DNA of 64,000 nucleotides, taken from NCBI GenBank assembly GCA_016932855.1, contig JAFGCB010000025.1:118987-182986 (forward strand). Reading direction: 5' to 3'. Under the pieces are notes generated by a model, which saw only the letters and a list, made by a program, of their open reading frames with translations, was not told where the DNA came from and ran no database searches. The DNA comes from Candidatus Omnitrophota bacterium. Lineage in GTDB: Bacteria > Omnitrophota > Gorgyraeia > Duberdicusellales > Duberdicusellaceae. The position numbers and the translations under genes are program-made. Shown in pieces: positions 29,370 through 39,994 of the stretch. The first letter of the stretch is position 1; each line of letters starts with the position of its first letter.

Positions 29370-31262
29370 ATGGAATTCAAGACGTTTAAGATATACAGGG
29401 GCAAGGTTCTATCTATCGACCAGGTGATAAAAGAATTGGTTTCTTTAGGCTATAATTCTTGCCTTCAGATCGCCGAAGAAGGGGATTTTCGTAGAAGCGG
29501 CGAGGTTTTGGATATATTTTGTGTTTCCTTTGAGTATCCGGTTCGAATAGAATGGGATTGGGACAAGGTAACAAAAATCCGCAATTTTGACCCGGTAAGT
29601 CTTATTTTTTTTCAAGAGCACGACATTTTAATAATTCTGCCCAAATTAAAAAAAAGGCGCCTTTCTTATCTTCACCAAGAATATCCTCTCCAGGGCACTC
29701 TTGATCTTCGCAAAGGTGATTTCGTTGTCCACGTAAATTACGGCATCGGAAAATATCTGGGTCGAAAGAATATAGAAACTAACTCCGGGTTAAAAGATTT
29801 TCTGGAAATAGAATATCAGAATAAAGAGAAAATATTCGTCGCTTTGGACAAGGCTCATCTTGTCCAGCGCTATGTAAATCTAGGCGGCCGCCCCCCGAAG
29901 CTTTCACGCCTGGGCACAAAAGAATGGCTTTATATAAAAGAACGAGCCCATAAGTCTATACGCCGATACGCGCTTGAGCAGGTTCGGGAGCAGGCTTTAC
30001 GGCAGGTTTTAGGCGGGGTTAAATTCAGCGACGACACTGCCTGGCAGAAACAATTTGAGGAAACTTTTTCGTATGACGAGACTCCTGACCAGCTTACGGC
30101 CCTTGGCGAAGTAAAGCGCGATATGCAAAACCCGATGTCCATGGATAGGCTTATTTGCGGTGACGTAGGCTACGGCAAAACTGAAGTCGCCATGCGGGCC
30201 GGCTTTAAGGCGGTTATGGATTCAAAACAGGTGGCGTTCTTGGTTCCTACAACCATACTTGCCGAGCAGCACTACCAGAATTTTAAAGCAAGGCTTAAAG
30301 ATTTTCCGGTACGAGTGGAGATGCTTTCGCGCTTTAGAACACCCCTTGAGCAGAAACGGATTGTTGATGAAGTCAAAAAAGGCATTATTGATATTGTGAT
30401 TGGAACTCACCGCTTGTTGTCGCAGGACGTGGGATTTAAAGAATTAGGGCTTTTAATAATTGATGAAGAGCAGCGGTTTGGAGTAAGGCAAAAAACAAAA
30501 ATAAAAAAATTGAAATTGGGCATAGACGTGCTCACTTTAACCGCTACACCTATACCCCGGACTTTATATATGGGTTTGACAGGAATAAAATCAATCTCTA
30601 TAATAAAAACACCGCCGAAAGACAGGCTTTCGGTCAGGAGTTTTGTGGGGCAATTCGATAAAACTCTGATCAAGGAGGCGATTGTACGGGAACACCAAAG
30701 AGGTGGTCAGATTTATTTCATTGAAAACAGAATAAAAAACCTTTCCAGCATAAAATCAATACTTGAAGAAATTTTACCGGGCTCTTTGAACATCGGTGTA
30801 GCTTTTGGAAGAATGCGCCCCCAGGAATTAGAGAAAGTTATGGTTAATTTTATCCATCATAAAATAGATTGTCTTCTTTCAACCGCGATAATCGAATCCG
30901 GGATAGACATCCCTTCGGCTAATACCGTAATAGTAAATAATGCGCATAGATTCGGGCTTTCGGATTTGCATCAGTTACGAGGAAGGGTAGGGCGTATGAA
31001 TATACAGGCCTACGCATACTTTTTGGTCCCCAGGGGTGCATCGCTTTCAAAAGAGGCTAAAAGTCGCCTTGACGCAATCCAGGATTACTCACATTTAGGC
31101 GCTGGATTTGAGTTGGCGATGCAGGATTTAGAAATTCGGGGAGCAGGAAATATTTTAGGCGAGCAGCAGCACGGCTTTATCTGGCAGGTGGGACTTGACT
31201 TGTATTGCCGGTTGCTGAAGATGGAAATAGATAGACTGCGGGCAGAGTTTAAGCTTAACTGA
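29370..31262 (+). CDS. mfd: Shortened Mfd-like transcription-repair coupling helicase
   Basis: CarD-like VVHVNYGIGKY, GDVGYGKTEV, DEEQRFG, TATPIPRT, QLRGRVGR, DLEIRGAGN; ATG at 29370 preferred over TTG at 29346. Confidence 0.88.
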   Translation: MEFKTFKIYRGKVLSIDQVIKELVSLGYNSCLQIAEEGDFRRSGEVLDIFCVSFEYPVRIEWDWDKVTKIRNFDPVSLIFFQEHDILIILPKLKKRRLSYLHQEYPLQGTLDLRKGDFVVHVNYGIGKYLGRKNIETNSGLKDFLEIEYQNKEKIFVALDKAHLVQRYVNLGGRPPKLSRLGTKEWLYIKERAHKSIRRYALEQVREQALRQVLGGVKFSDDTAWQKQFEETFSYDETPDQLTALGEVKRDMQNPMSMDRLICGDVGYGKTEVAMRAGFKAVMDSKQVAFLVPTTILAEQHYQNFKARLKDFPVRVEMLSRFRTPLEQKRIVDEVKKGIIDIVIGTHRLLSQDVGFKELGLLIIDEEQRFGVRQKTKIKKLKLGIDVLTLTATPIPRTLYMGLTGIKSISIIKTPPKDRLSVRSFVGQFDKTLIKEAIVREHQRGGQIYFIENRIKNLSSIKSILEEILPGSLNIGVAFGRMRPQELEKVMVNFIHHKIDCLLSTAIIESGIDIPSANTVIVNNAHRFGLSDLHQLRGRVGRMNIQAYAYFLVPRGASLSKEAKSRLDAIQDYSHLGAGFELAMQDLEIRGAGNILGEQQHGFIWQVGLDLYCRLLKMEIDRLRAEFKLN

Positions 31263-31304
31263 AAAAGTTTAAATAAAGCAGTTCGGCGAAACAAGGAGAA
31301 AAAG

Positions 31305-32210
31305 ATGAAAAAAATTTTTACATTTTTGGTTATTTTGTTCATATGCAACATTGCCTTCTGTCAGCATAAAATTGTGGCGGTAGTAAACGATGATGTAATT
31401 ACGGATAAGGAACTTAAGGACTTTTTGAATATTACTAAATTTAACCTCCCTTTAGAAAGCGCGGCAATAAACGATATTCAAATGCAGCAGACCTATGAAC
31501 AGGAAAAGAGCTTTGCTTTGCAGCGGCTGGTTGAAGATCGTTTGATTATTCAGGAGGCAAGAAAAAGTGAAATCGAAATACCCGAAGAATCAATAGATAA
31601 GCAAATTGAAGGTTTTCTTGCGCAGTTTCCGAGCCGCCGGGAATTCGAGTCCTATTTGGCGGAAAAAGGGCTTACTATCTCTTCTTTGCGAAAGAAGATC
31701 GAGGAGCAAACCCTTATGCGGTATATTGTGCGTTTAAAAATACGTGACAAAATTGCGATTACTCCTTACGAGATTACCGAGTATTACAAAGGCCACTCCG
31801 ATGAGTTTAAATCTCCTCTTCGCGTAGATTACCGGGCGCTGAAATTCACTCAGACCTTTAAGGCCTATCAGGCACATGAAGAGCTGGAAAAAAGCGGGGA
31901 CATAGGCGCTGTTTTGGATAAATATAAAGAAAATCGTGTAAGCGGCACTCTTAGCCAAAAAGAATCCCGAAGAGAACTGGAAGAGATTTTCCTGTTGGAT
32001 GAAAACAAATTCACATCGCCTATAAGTCTTGACGCTGAATTGTATATCTTTGTCATTGATAAAAAATACCCGGAGACACAACTGGCTTTAGACGAGGCAA
32101 AAGACAGAATTTGGGAAATTCTATATCAGAATAAATTTCAGGGTTTAATGAAGGATTGGCTTAAGGATTTAAAGGAAACGGCGCTGATTAAGATAATGCC
32201 CGCCTCCTAA
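31305..32210 (+). CDS. SurA-like periplasmic chaperone
   Basis: Signal peptide, IVAVVNDDVIT, LVEDRLIIQEA; surA-pdxA-rsmA synteny. Confidence 0.8.
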   Translation: MKKIFTFLVILFICNIAFCQHKIVAVVNDDVITDKELKDFLNITKFNLPLESAAINDIQMQQTYEQEKSFALQRLVEDRLIIQEARKSEIEIPEESIDKQIEGFLAQFPSRREFESYLAEKGLTISSLRKKIEEQTLMRYIVRLKIRDKIAITPYEITEYYKGHSDEFKSPLRVDYRALKFTQTFKAYQAHEELEKSGDIGAVLDKYKENRVSGTLSQKESRRELEEIFLLDENKFTSPISLDAELYIFVIDKKYPETQLALDEAKDRIWEILYQNKFQGLMKDWLKDLKETALIKIMPAS

Positions 32211-32219
32211 AGGCTTCAA

Positions 32220-33167
32220 ATGTTAAAACGCCTGGTTATTACAATGGGCGATCCGGCAGGAATAGGGCCTTTTATTCTTGTTAAATCTCTACTCCCTTTA
32301 AGATTAAAAAACGTTGAAGTCGTATTGCTAGGCGATCGAAAGGTTTTAAGCGGCGTGCCCGGATTTAAACGGCTTGAAGGCCGCGTTACTTTGGTGGATT
32401 TGAAAAATGCCGGAGGCATACCTCGGGGTCAGCCCGGCCGGGGTTCCGGAATAGCCGCCCTTGAATATCTTTATCGGGCCCGGGATTTCTTAGGTGATCA
32501 GAAAAGATCTTGCCTGGTTACCGGGCCGGTTTCAAAAGAGGCTATACAGTTAAGCAAAACCGATTTCACGGGACACACCGAATTTTTAGCGAAAGAATTT
32601 TCTGTCGAAAATTTTGCCATGATGATGGTTGGACGTATTTTGAAGATAGTGTTTTTAACCCGTCATGTTAACATAAGAGACGTACCTAAACAGCTTAATT
32701 TGACGAAGATCAAGGACACGCTAAAACTTACCAGTGATTCTTTAAGATTTCTGTTTGGTTTAAGGACTCCAAAAATTGCTCTCTGCAGCTTAAATCCCCA
32801 TGCCGGACTTGATACCTATCTAGAACGGGAAGAAAAAAATTTGCTTAAAGCAGTAAAAGACTTAAAAGAAAAAAATACTGATTTTATCGGCCCCTATCCC
32901 GCAGATACATTATTTAAAGAAGCGTTAAAGGGCGGCTTCGATGCTGTAGTTTCGTTTTATCATGACCAAGGAATGATACCTTTTAAGAGTTTTGAATTCT
33001 CTTCAGGGGTGAATCTTACCTTAGGACTTCCTTTTGTGCGGACCTCTCCCGCTCACGGCCCGGCTTTTAATATTGTAAATAAATCGAACAAAATTGACCC
33101 GCGGTCGATGACGCAGGCAATAAAGCTGGCTCTTAAGCTTAAGTCAAACCCGGTATTTTCGCCTTGA
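32220..33167 (+). CDS. pdxA: 4-hydroxythreonine-4-phosphate dehydrogenase
   Basis: ITMGDPAGIGP, GHTEFL, LNPHAG, YHDQG, RTSPAHG. Confidence 0.93.
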   Translation: MLKRLVITMGDPAGIGPFILVKSLLPLRLKNVEVVLLGDRKVLSGVPGFKRLEGRVTLVDLKNAGGIPRGQPGRGSGIAALEYLYRARDFLGDQKRSCLVTGPVSKEAIQLSKTDFTGHTEFLAKEFSVENFAMMMVGRILKIVFLTRHVNIRDVPKQLNLTKIKDTLKLTSDSLRFLFGLRTPKIALCSLNPHAGLDTYLEREEKNLLKAVKDLKEKNTDFIGPYPADTLFKEALKGGFDAVVSFYHDQGMIPFKSFEFSSGVNLTLGLPFVRTSPAHGPAFNIVNKSNKIDPRSMTQAIKLALKLKSNPVFSP

Positions 33168-33184
33168 AGGTTTAAACAGCAGTA

Positions 33185-33955
33185 ATGAGATCTAAAAAGC
33201 ACTTAAGCCAATTTTTCTTAGTAAACAAAAAATATCTTGAGAAGATTTCAGATCTTGTTTCCGTTCACGACCAGGAAATCATGGTGGAAATAGGTTCCGG
33301 CAAAGGCCAGCTTACAGATTTTCTCATCGGAAAACAGAAATCGATTATATGTGTCGAAATTGATCCGGCTTTTTGCGAAATTTTGAATGAAAAGTATGCT
33401 GATATTCCTTTTTTAGATGTGGTTTGTGCTGATATACGTAAGTTTAAATTGCCCGATAAAAAAGTAATCGTTGTCGGTAATGTACCTTACCATTTAAGTT
33501 TTGAGATAATAAATTTTGTAATCAGTAATCGCGATAAGGTGCCTCGGGCGTATTTAACCTTCCAAAAGGAATTTGCCAGGAAGCTTGCCGGTCGATTAGG
33601 CACCAAGGATTACGGATATCTTTCCTGCTTTATGAATATTTACGCCGACGCAAAAATTCTTTTCACTATCCCTAAGACTTGTTTTCACCCGCGGCCTAAG
33701 GTTGACGCAGCTTTTCTGGAGATTAAATTACACTCGGAGCCGAAGGCGCAAGTGTCTAGCCAGGAAGCTTTTTTAAATTTTTTGCGGAATGTTTTCAGCC
33801 AACGCCGAAAAAAAATAGCAAATATAATTGAAAATCTCTATCCTCATCTGGCAACCGAAACCATCCTTGCGACTGCTCAAGTTCTTGCGGATTTGCGTCC
33901 GGAAAATATAAGTTTTTTAAAATTAGCCCAACTTTATAAACTGCTATCAAATTAG
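33185..33955 (+). CDS. rsmA: 16S rRNA dimethyltransferase
   Basis: QFFL, EIGSG.G.LT, VEID, GNVPY, F.P.PKVD, F.QRRK. Confidence 0.93.
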   Translation: MRSKKHLSQFFLVNKKYLEKISDLVSVHDQEIMVEIGSGKGQLTDFLIGKQKSIICVEIDPAFCEILNEKYADIPFLDVVCADIRKFKLPDKKVIVVGNVPYHLSFEIINFVISNRDKVPRAYLTFQKEFARKLAGRLGTKDYGYLSCFMNIYADAKILFTIPKTCFHPRPKVDAAFLEIKLHSEPKAQVSSQEAFLNFLRNVFSQRRKKIANIIENLYPHLATETILATAQVLADLRPENISFLKLAQLYKLLSN

Positions 33956-33999
33956 TTACCGGCCGGATTCTATCTTTTGTATAATTTGCGGATCTATTT

Positions 34000-35298
34000 T
34001 TAAGGCAGGCTTATGCTGCGGGTAAAGGCTTTGACTACTTCCGGGTCAAAGTGCGAGCCGGATTCCCGGCTGATTATTTTTAAGGCTTTTTTAAATTCAT
34101 AGGCTTTTCGATAAGGACGGTCGGAAACCAAAGCTTGAAAGCTATCGGCTAAGGCCACAACTTTAGCTTCAATAGGGATTTGATTATTTTTAAGTCCGTA
34201 AGGATAGCCATGGCCGTCGATTCTTTCGTGGTGGTAGAGGATAGACGGTATTATCTTAATAAGGGGGTGCAAGGGCCGCAATATTTCTGCGCCGATAACC
34301 GGATGTTTCTTTATTTTTTTAAACTCTTCTGCGGTAAGCTCGCCCGGTTTTTGCAAAATTGATTCCGGAATGCCTACTTTGCCCAGATCATGCAGCATCG
34401 CCGCATATCTGATTATTTCTAATTGTTGTTCTTCAAGATTAAGTTTGCGCCCGATGACCAAAGCTATTGTTACTGTTCTTTCGGTGTGTTCTGCCGTATA
34501 GAAATCCTTGGCTTTGATTGCGGTTGCAAAGGCGATGATTGTTTCGAGGGTTGTACGGTCAAGCATCGTAGTTAGCTGCAGGATTTTATTTTTTAGTTCA
34601 GTAACTTCGTGTTTGCCATTTGCATTGTCCTCGCTGGCCGCGGTGTTTTCCTTTAATTTTCGCAACGTGATTACTTTATTATTTTTCGCCTTTGAGCAGT
34701 TAAGGCATTGATTTAAGATCGAAAGCAGTATTTCTTCATTGGTTCCGTCTTCAGGATAAGTCACAAGCCCTATGCTTATTTGGAGACTTATCTTTTCTTT
34801 GCCGAAATATCTGAATTTAAGCTTTTCTTGAATCCGGCCGGCAAGCCTTGTCGCCTCTTCCTTGGAAGTATAGCTGCATATTACGATGAATTCATCTTCC
34901 TTTGATCTGGCTAGAATATCTCCGGTACGCAATTCGTTTTTTAAGAAACAAGCAAATTCGCGCAAGATTACATCTCCGCGCGATACGCCATAGATTTTAT
35001 TGATATTTTTAAATAGTTCTATGTCAATTTTTAGCAAGGATACCGAAAAATTATGCCTTTCGGCCTGAGTCAGGCTTTCCTTAAGGCGAAAGGCTAAATA
35101 TTTGGAGTTGTATAAGTCGGTTATAGTATCGATGAACGAAGACCGGGCCAGACGTTTGTTTAATTGCGCGATTTGGGCATTTTTTGAATTAAGCCTAAGT
35201 TTTAAATAAAATGCCCAGAATAAAACAGGAAATAGCGCTAGCCCTGTAAAGGGCAAGGGTTTTGAAAAAGTCTTTAGAAACTGGAGAAAATAGTCCAT
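34000..35298 (-). CDS. Membrane-anchored degenerate GGDEF + HD-GYP protein
   Basis: N-terminal TM; RTGD..ARSKEDEF; HDLGK and HHERIDGHGYPYGL. Confidence 0.88.
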   Translation of the reverse strand: MDYFLQFLKTFSKPLPFTGLALFPVLFWAFYLKLRLNSKNAQIAQLNKRLARSSFIDTITDLYNSKYLAFRLKESLTQAERHNFSVSLLKIDIELFKNINKIYGVSRGDVILREFACFLKNELRTGDILARSKEDEFIVICSYTSKEEATRLAGRIQEKLKFRYFGKEKISLQISIGLVTYPEDGTNEEILLSILNQCLNCSKAKNNKVITLRKLKENTAASEDNANGKHEVTELKNKILQLTTMLDRTTLETIIAFATAIKAKDFYTAEHTERTVTIALVIGRKLNLEEQQLEIIRYAAMLHDLGKVGIPESILQKPGELTAEEFKKIKKHPVIGAEILRPLHPLIKIIPSILYHHERIDGHGYPYGLKNNQIPIEAKVVALADSFQALVSDRPYRKAYEFKKALKIISRESGSHFDPEVVKAFTRSISLP

Positions 35299-35416
35299 CT
35301 CCCTATTAATTTTTGAAAGCGTTTACATTATCCGTGGCAACGGTGTGCATTTAGAGTATAAAATATTCCCGGCTGCAAAATCAAGTCTTTAAGGCAAAAT
35401 AAGACAAATAATATTT

Positions 35417-35445
35417 TTGACTTTTGTCGGTTTAAATGGTAAGAT
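35417..35445 (+). promoter_or_regulatory. Sigma70-type promoter of gatCAB
   Basis: TTGACT-N17-TAAGAT; a divergent TTGATT-N18-TATACT lies on the minus strand at 35355-35384. Confidence 0.55.
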
Positions 35446-35546
35446 TTACCTTCAAAAAAAACAGCTTTCCCGATTTAATTTTGCAAAATTAACATTTTTT
35501 AGAATTAATCCGGATGCGCGTTAAAATGTCGGGGGAGGAATAAGGT

Positions 35547-35834
35547 ATGTCTATAGACAAAACGACTGTAAGTTATATTGCCCGACTTGCCAGGATAAAT
35601 CTGGAGGAAGACGAGCTTGATTATTACTCAGGCCAGTTATCTAAGATACTAAATTATATCGAAAAGATAAACGAGCTTGATCTCAAAGAAATTCCCCTAA
35701 GCTTCAGCGTTTATCCCGATGTCAATATCTATCAAGACGATGAAGTATTGAATTTCGAAAATACTCAGGCGATTATTGATATTTTTCCTCAGAAAAGTGA
35801 CAATTTCATAAAAATACCCAAAGTTATTGAGTAA
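35547..35834 (+). CDS. gatC: Asp/Glu-tRNA amidotransferase subunit C
   Basis: V.YIARLARI, IPKVIE; precedes gatA. Confidence 0.92.
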   Translation: MSIDKTTVSYIARLARINLEEDELDYYSGQLSKILNYIEKINELDLKEIPLSFSVYPDVNIYQDDEVLNFENTQAIIDIFPQKSDNFIKIPKVIE

Positions 35835-35854
35835 TCAGGATCCTTTACATTGTT

Positions 35855-37288
35855 ATGTCTTTACATAAGCTAAGCGGTTGGCAGATATCGGAAAAACTTA
35901 AGAAAAAAGAAATAGGCTTGGGCGAGGTTGTCTCTTTTTTTCAAGAACGAGTCCAACGCCTGAACCCTAAAATAAAGGCGGTTATTTCTCTGTTTGATGA
36001 ACCCCTGGGCCCGGAAAAGGATTCGGATTCCAAGCTTTGGGGCGTGCCGGTTTTAATAAAGGACAACATATGTATCAAAAACAAGGAAATCACTTGTGCA
36101 TCAAAGATATTAAAAGGATTTATCAGTCCGTATAATGCAACAGTTATTGAAAGATTAAGGAAGGCCGGTCTTGTGATCCTGGGCACGGCAAATATGGATG
36201 AGTTTGCCTTCGGTTCTTCTTGTGAGAATTCTTGTTATGGACCGACTTTGAATCCTTGGAATGAAAGCTGTGTTCCCGGCGGTTCTTCCGGGGGATGCGC
36301 TGCTGCGGTTGCGGCCGGGCTTGTACCCTGCGCCTTAGGTTCTGATACCGGGGGATCAATTCGGCAGCCTGCCTCATTTTGCGGAGCCGTCGGATTTAAA
36401 CCTACCTACGGCAGGGTTTCCCGGTTCGGGCTGGTTGCTTTTGGGTCAAGTCTTGATCAAATCGGTCCGATCTCAAGAGACATCGTCGATTCCGCCTATC
36501 TTTTAAATATTGTATCCGGCAAAGATTCCCGCGACAGTACCTCGGCTTCGATAGCAGTCCCTGACTTTTCAAAATCTTTTGATGGCAGTCTAAAAGGCTT
36601 GAAAGTCGGCCTGCCTAAAGAATATTTTGTCAGCGGCCTAGACGGCCAGGTTAAGAAAACCGTTGAGCTTGCGATATCTGTGCTAAAATCAAAAGGTATC
36701 GAATTTAGCGAAATTAGCCTGCCTCATACCGAATACGCAGTTCCGACGTATTATATCTTAGCTTCCTCCGAGGCAAGCTCCAATCTTTCCCGTTTTGAAG
36801 GGATAAGGTACGGAAAGAGAATACATCAAAATAATCTGATTGAACTTTATAAAAGAACCCGGCAGGAAGGCTTTGGTCAAGAAGCGAAGCGCAGGATAAT
36901 GCTTGGGACGTTTAGCCTCTCTTCAGGATACTATGAGGCCTATTACCTTAAGGCCCTGAAGGTGCGTTGGCTTATTAAAAAGGATTTTGATCAAGCGTTT
37001 AAGGCTTATGACGCTATAATCACGCCTACTTCTCCCACCGCCGCCTTTAAGATCGGGGAAAAGGCAGACAATCCTTTAAGTATGTATCTTTCGGATATCT
37101 ACACTATTTCCTGTAACTTAAGCGGGGTTCCTTCGGTTTCGATTCCTTGTGGCTTTACCCAGGAAGGCTTGCCGGTGGGCCTTCAGCTAATAAGTAAACA
37201 TTTTAATGAAGAGATGTTGATTCGTTTAGCCCATGCCTATCAAGAGTCAACTGATTGGCATAAACAATTCCCCGTGAATTATGAGTAA
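35855..37288 (+). CDS. gatA: Amidotransferase subunit A
   Basis: KDNI, PGGSSGG, GSDTGGSIRQPAS, EAKRRIMLG. Confidence 0.97.
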   Translation: MSLHKLSGWQISEKLKKKEIGLGEVVSFFQERVQRLNPKIKAVISLFDEPLGPEKDSDSKLWGVPVLIKDNICIKNKEITCASKILKGFISPYNATVIERLRKAGLVILGTANMDEFAFGSSCENSCYGPTLNPWNESCVPGGSSGGCAAAVAAGLVPCALGSDTGGSIRQPASFCGAVGFKPTYGRVSRFGLVAFGSSLDQIGPISRDIVDSAYLLNIVSGKDSRDSTSASIAVPDFSKSFDGSLKGLKVGLPKEYFVSGLDGQVKKTVELAISVLKSKGIEFSEISLPHTEYAVPTYYILASSEASSNLSRFEGIRYGKRIHQNNLIELYKRTRQEGFGQEAKRRIMLGTFSLSSGYYEAYYLKALKVRWLIKKDFDQAFKAYDAIITPTSPTAAFKIGEKADNPLSMYLSDIYTISCNLSGVPSVSIPCGFTQEGLPVGLQLISKHFNEEMLIRLAHAYQESTDWHKQFPVNYE

Positions 37289-38702
37289 GTTTGATTCGGT
37301 AATCGGTTTAGAGGTCCATGTGCAATTGGCCACAGCGTCAAAGATGTTTTGTCGCTGTCCTAATATCTTCGGGAAAGAGCCAAATAGCCTAGTCTGCCCG
37401 GTGTGTATGGGCCTGCCCGGGATTTTACCGGTTTTAAATAAAAAAGCTCTGGACTTAGGGACAAGAGTCGCCTTGGCTTTAAACTGCGCGATTCAGGAAA
37501 AGATTATTTTTGAGAGAAAGCATTATTTTTATCCGGATTTACCCAAGAATTTTCAAATTTCCCAATATGCCAGGCCCCTTGGCGAAGAGGGAAAGCTGGA
37601 TATTAAAGGAGAAACGATTAGAATAAAAAGAGTTCATCTCGAAGAAGATGCCGGAAAACTCATCCACACCCGGGATTATTCACTTGTCGACTTGAACAGA
37701 GCAGGAGTGCCTCTTTTAGAGATAGTAAGTTATCCCGACATAAGTTCGGCTAGTCAAGCCTATGATTATTTAAAGGAACTTAAACTTATCGTTCAGTATG
37801 TCGGGGCTTCAAGCTGCGACATGGAAAAGGGATTTTTACGCTGCGACGCCAATATTTCACTGAAAGAAGAGGGGAGTCCGACCCTGGGGGTGAAGGTCGA
37901 ACTTAAAAATATGAACAGCTTTCGTCAAGTTGAATCGGCCTTGGAATACGAGATACGAAGGCAGGAAAAAATACTGCTCAGCAATAAAAAAGTTTTCCAA
38001 GAAACCAGGCTTTGGGACGAAGAAAAGAAGATAACTACTGTTATGCGGACAAAGGAAGAAGCCCATGATTACCGGTATTTCCCCGAACCGGACCTGTTGC
38101 CGATTACAATCAAAGAGAAGGACGTGGAGACTCAGAAAAAATCTATACCGGAAATGCCGGCTCGAAGACGGCAACGATTCAGTCAGCAATATTATTTAGG
38201 CGAAAAGGAAATAGAGATCATTCTTTCAAATATGTTTCTGGCTGAATTCTTCGAAGCGTCGCACAAGATTTATCCCAATACGAAAAAAGTTGTTAATTGG
38301 ATAATCGGGCCTCTTTTGGAGGTTCTAAACAGTAAAGGAATAGAAACCGAAAAAATTCAGCTGACCCCGGATAATTTTGCCCGATTGATCAAATTGGCTA
38401 GCGAGGGCAAGGTAACTAATATAGTTGCAAAAGACATCCTTTCCCAGATAATTGATAAAGATGCTGATCCCGAAAGAATCGTTCAGGAGAAAGGTCTTTC
38501 TTGCGTTTCAAATCAAGAGGAGCTGACCGGATTGGTGAAGGACGCCATAGAAAGCAATCCTAGGGCTGCCGATGACTTTCGAACAGGAAAAGAACAGGCT
38601 TTAATGTTTCTGGTGGGGCAAGTTATGAGGAAAACAAGAGGTAAGGCGAGCCCCAATACGCTTAAGTCTTTATTTATTAAAATTCTTAAGGAAAAACCGT
38701 AG
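37281..38702 (+). CDS. gatB: Amidotransferase subunit B
   Basis: IGLEVHVQL, YFYPDLPK, HLEEDAGK, DYRYFPEPDL. Confidence 0.97.
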   Translation: MSKFDSVIGLEVHVQLATASKMFCRCPNIFGKEPNSLVCPVCMGLPGILPVLNKKALDLGTRVALALNCAIQEKIIFERKHYFYPDLPKNFQISQYARPLGEEGKLDIKGETIRIKRVHLEEDAGKLIHTRDYSLVDLNRAGVPLLEIVSYPDISSASQAYDYLKELKLIVQYVGASSCDMEKGFLRCDANISLKEEGSPTLGVKVELKNMNSFRQVESALEYEIRRQEKILLSNKKVFQETRLWDEEKKITTVMRTKEEAHDYRYFPEPDLLPITIKEKDVETQKKSIPEMPARRRQRFSQQYYLGEKEIEIILSNMFLAEFFEASHKIYPNTKKVVNWIIGPLLEVLNSKGIETEKIQLTPDNFARLIKLASEGKVTNIVAKDILSQIIDKDADPERIVQEKGLSCVSNQEELTGLVKDAIESNPRAADDFRTGKEQALMFLVGQVMRKTRGKASPNTLKSLFIKILKEKP

Positions 38703-38726
38703 TGAAATACTACGGAGGAGGTAATA

Positions 38727-39971
38727 ATGAATAAAACTAAACTGGTGGTTTTTGGTGCAATTTGCATCTTTTTGGCTGTCGCCATTACTTCAGTTGTATT
38801 CGGGCTTTCGCGGGAAGAGAAAGAAGATACGTATAGAGAACTTGAACTCTTTGCTGATGCCCTTGCTTTTGTGCAGACAAGGTATGTGGAAGCAAAATCC
38901 GCCCAGGACTTAATTTACGGGGCATTAGAGGGCATGCTTGCGTCGCTGGATCCTTACAGTCAATTTTTAACTCCCGAGGACTATAAAGAGCTTTTGGTTG
39001 AAACCGGTGGCAGATTCGGAGGGTTGGGGGTGGAAATTACCATAAAAGACGGACTTCTTACGGTAGTATCGCCCTTAGAAGATACTCCAGCCTGGAAAGC
39101 CGGGCTTAAACCCGGCGACAGAATAGTAAAGATTGAAGGAGAGCTTACCAGGGGAATTACTTTGACCGATGCGGTAAAAAAGCTGCGCGGAGATCCCAAG
39201 ACGGACGTTACGATAACTATCTTAAGAGAAAAAGAGAGAAAAGTTTTCGATGTTACAATCACTCGCGAGATTATCAAAATAAAAGACATAAGAAGAAATC
39301 TTCTCTTGGAAAACAACATAGGCTATATTAGGCTTTCGGAGTTCAGAGAAGATACGGCAAACGAGCTAGATAAAGCAATAACCGAGACGAAGAAGCAGGG
39401 AGCAAAAGCCTACATACTCGATTTACGGAATAATCCCGGCGGGCTTCTTGATAGTGCGGTGAGCGTAACTTCCAGGTTCGTTGACGAAAACAAGCTTATC
39501 GTCTATACCCTAGATAAGGAAGGTAAGAAGATTGAGTACAAATCCTCACCGCGTTCAGCGCGCATTCTGCAAGAGCCTTTAGTAGTGATCGTTAATGAAG
39601 GCAGCGCTTCCGGCAGCGAGATAGTCGCCGGGTGCCTTAAAGATTATAAGCGGGCAGTTATTCTAGGAGCAAAGACTTTCGGGAAAGCCTCAGTTCAAAC
39701 CGTTCTTCCTCTTTCGGACGGCTCAGCTTTAAGGCTGACTACTGCCAAGTATTACACTCCTAAAGGAAAGCTTATACAGGATGAGGGAATTACGCCTGAC
39801 ATCGAAGTAGAACAACGGGAGCTAAAAACCGAATCTTCAAAAGAAGAAGAAATTTTTGATAAAATTGAGGAAAAAAAAGAACCGGAGGAAGATTTTTATA
39901 AAGTAGACTATCAGATCATAAGGGCTTTGGATTTGGTTAAGGGTTTACTTATACTTTCAGAAACAGAATAG
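38727..39971 (+). CDS. ctpA: C-terminal processing protease (S41)
   Basis: LDPYS, PDZ GLGVEI, LDLRNNPGG, SASGSEI, TFGK. Confidence 0.93.
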   Translation: MNKTKLVVFGAICIFLAVAITSVVFGLSREEKEDTYRELELFADALAFVQTRYVEAKSAQDLIYGALEGMLASLDPYSQFLTPEDYKELLVETGGRFGGLGVEITIKDGLLTVVSPLEDTPAWKAGLKPGDRIVKIEGELTRGITLTDAVKKLRGDPKTDVTITILREKERKVFDVTITREIIKIKDIRRNLLLENNIGYIRLSEFREDTANELDKAITETKKQGAKAYILDLRNNPGGLLDSAVSVTSRFVDENKLIVYTLDKEGKKIEYKSSPRSARILQEPLVVIVNEGSASGSEIVAGCLKDYKRAVILGAKTFGKASVQTVLPLSDGSALRLTTAKYYTPKGKLIQDEGITPDIEVEQRELKTESSKEEEIFDKIEEKKEPEEDFYKVDYQIIRALDLVKGLLILSETE

Positions 39972-39994
39972 TAATATCGAAAATAATTAGTCCA

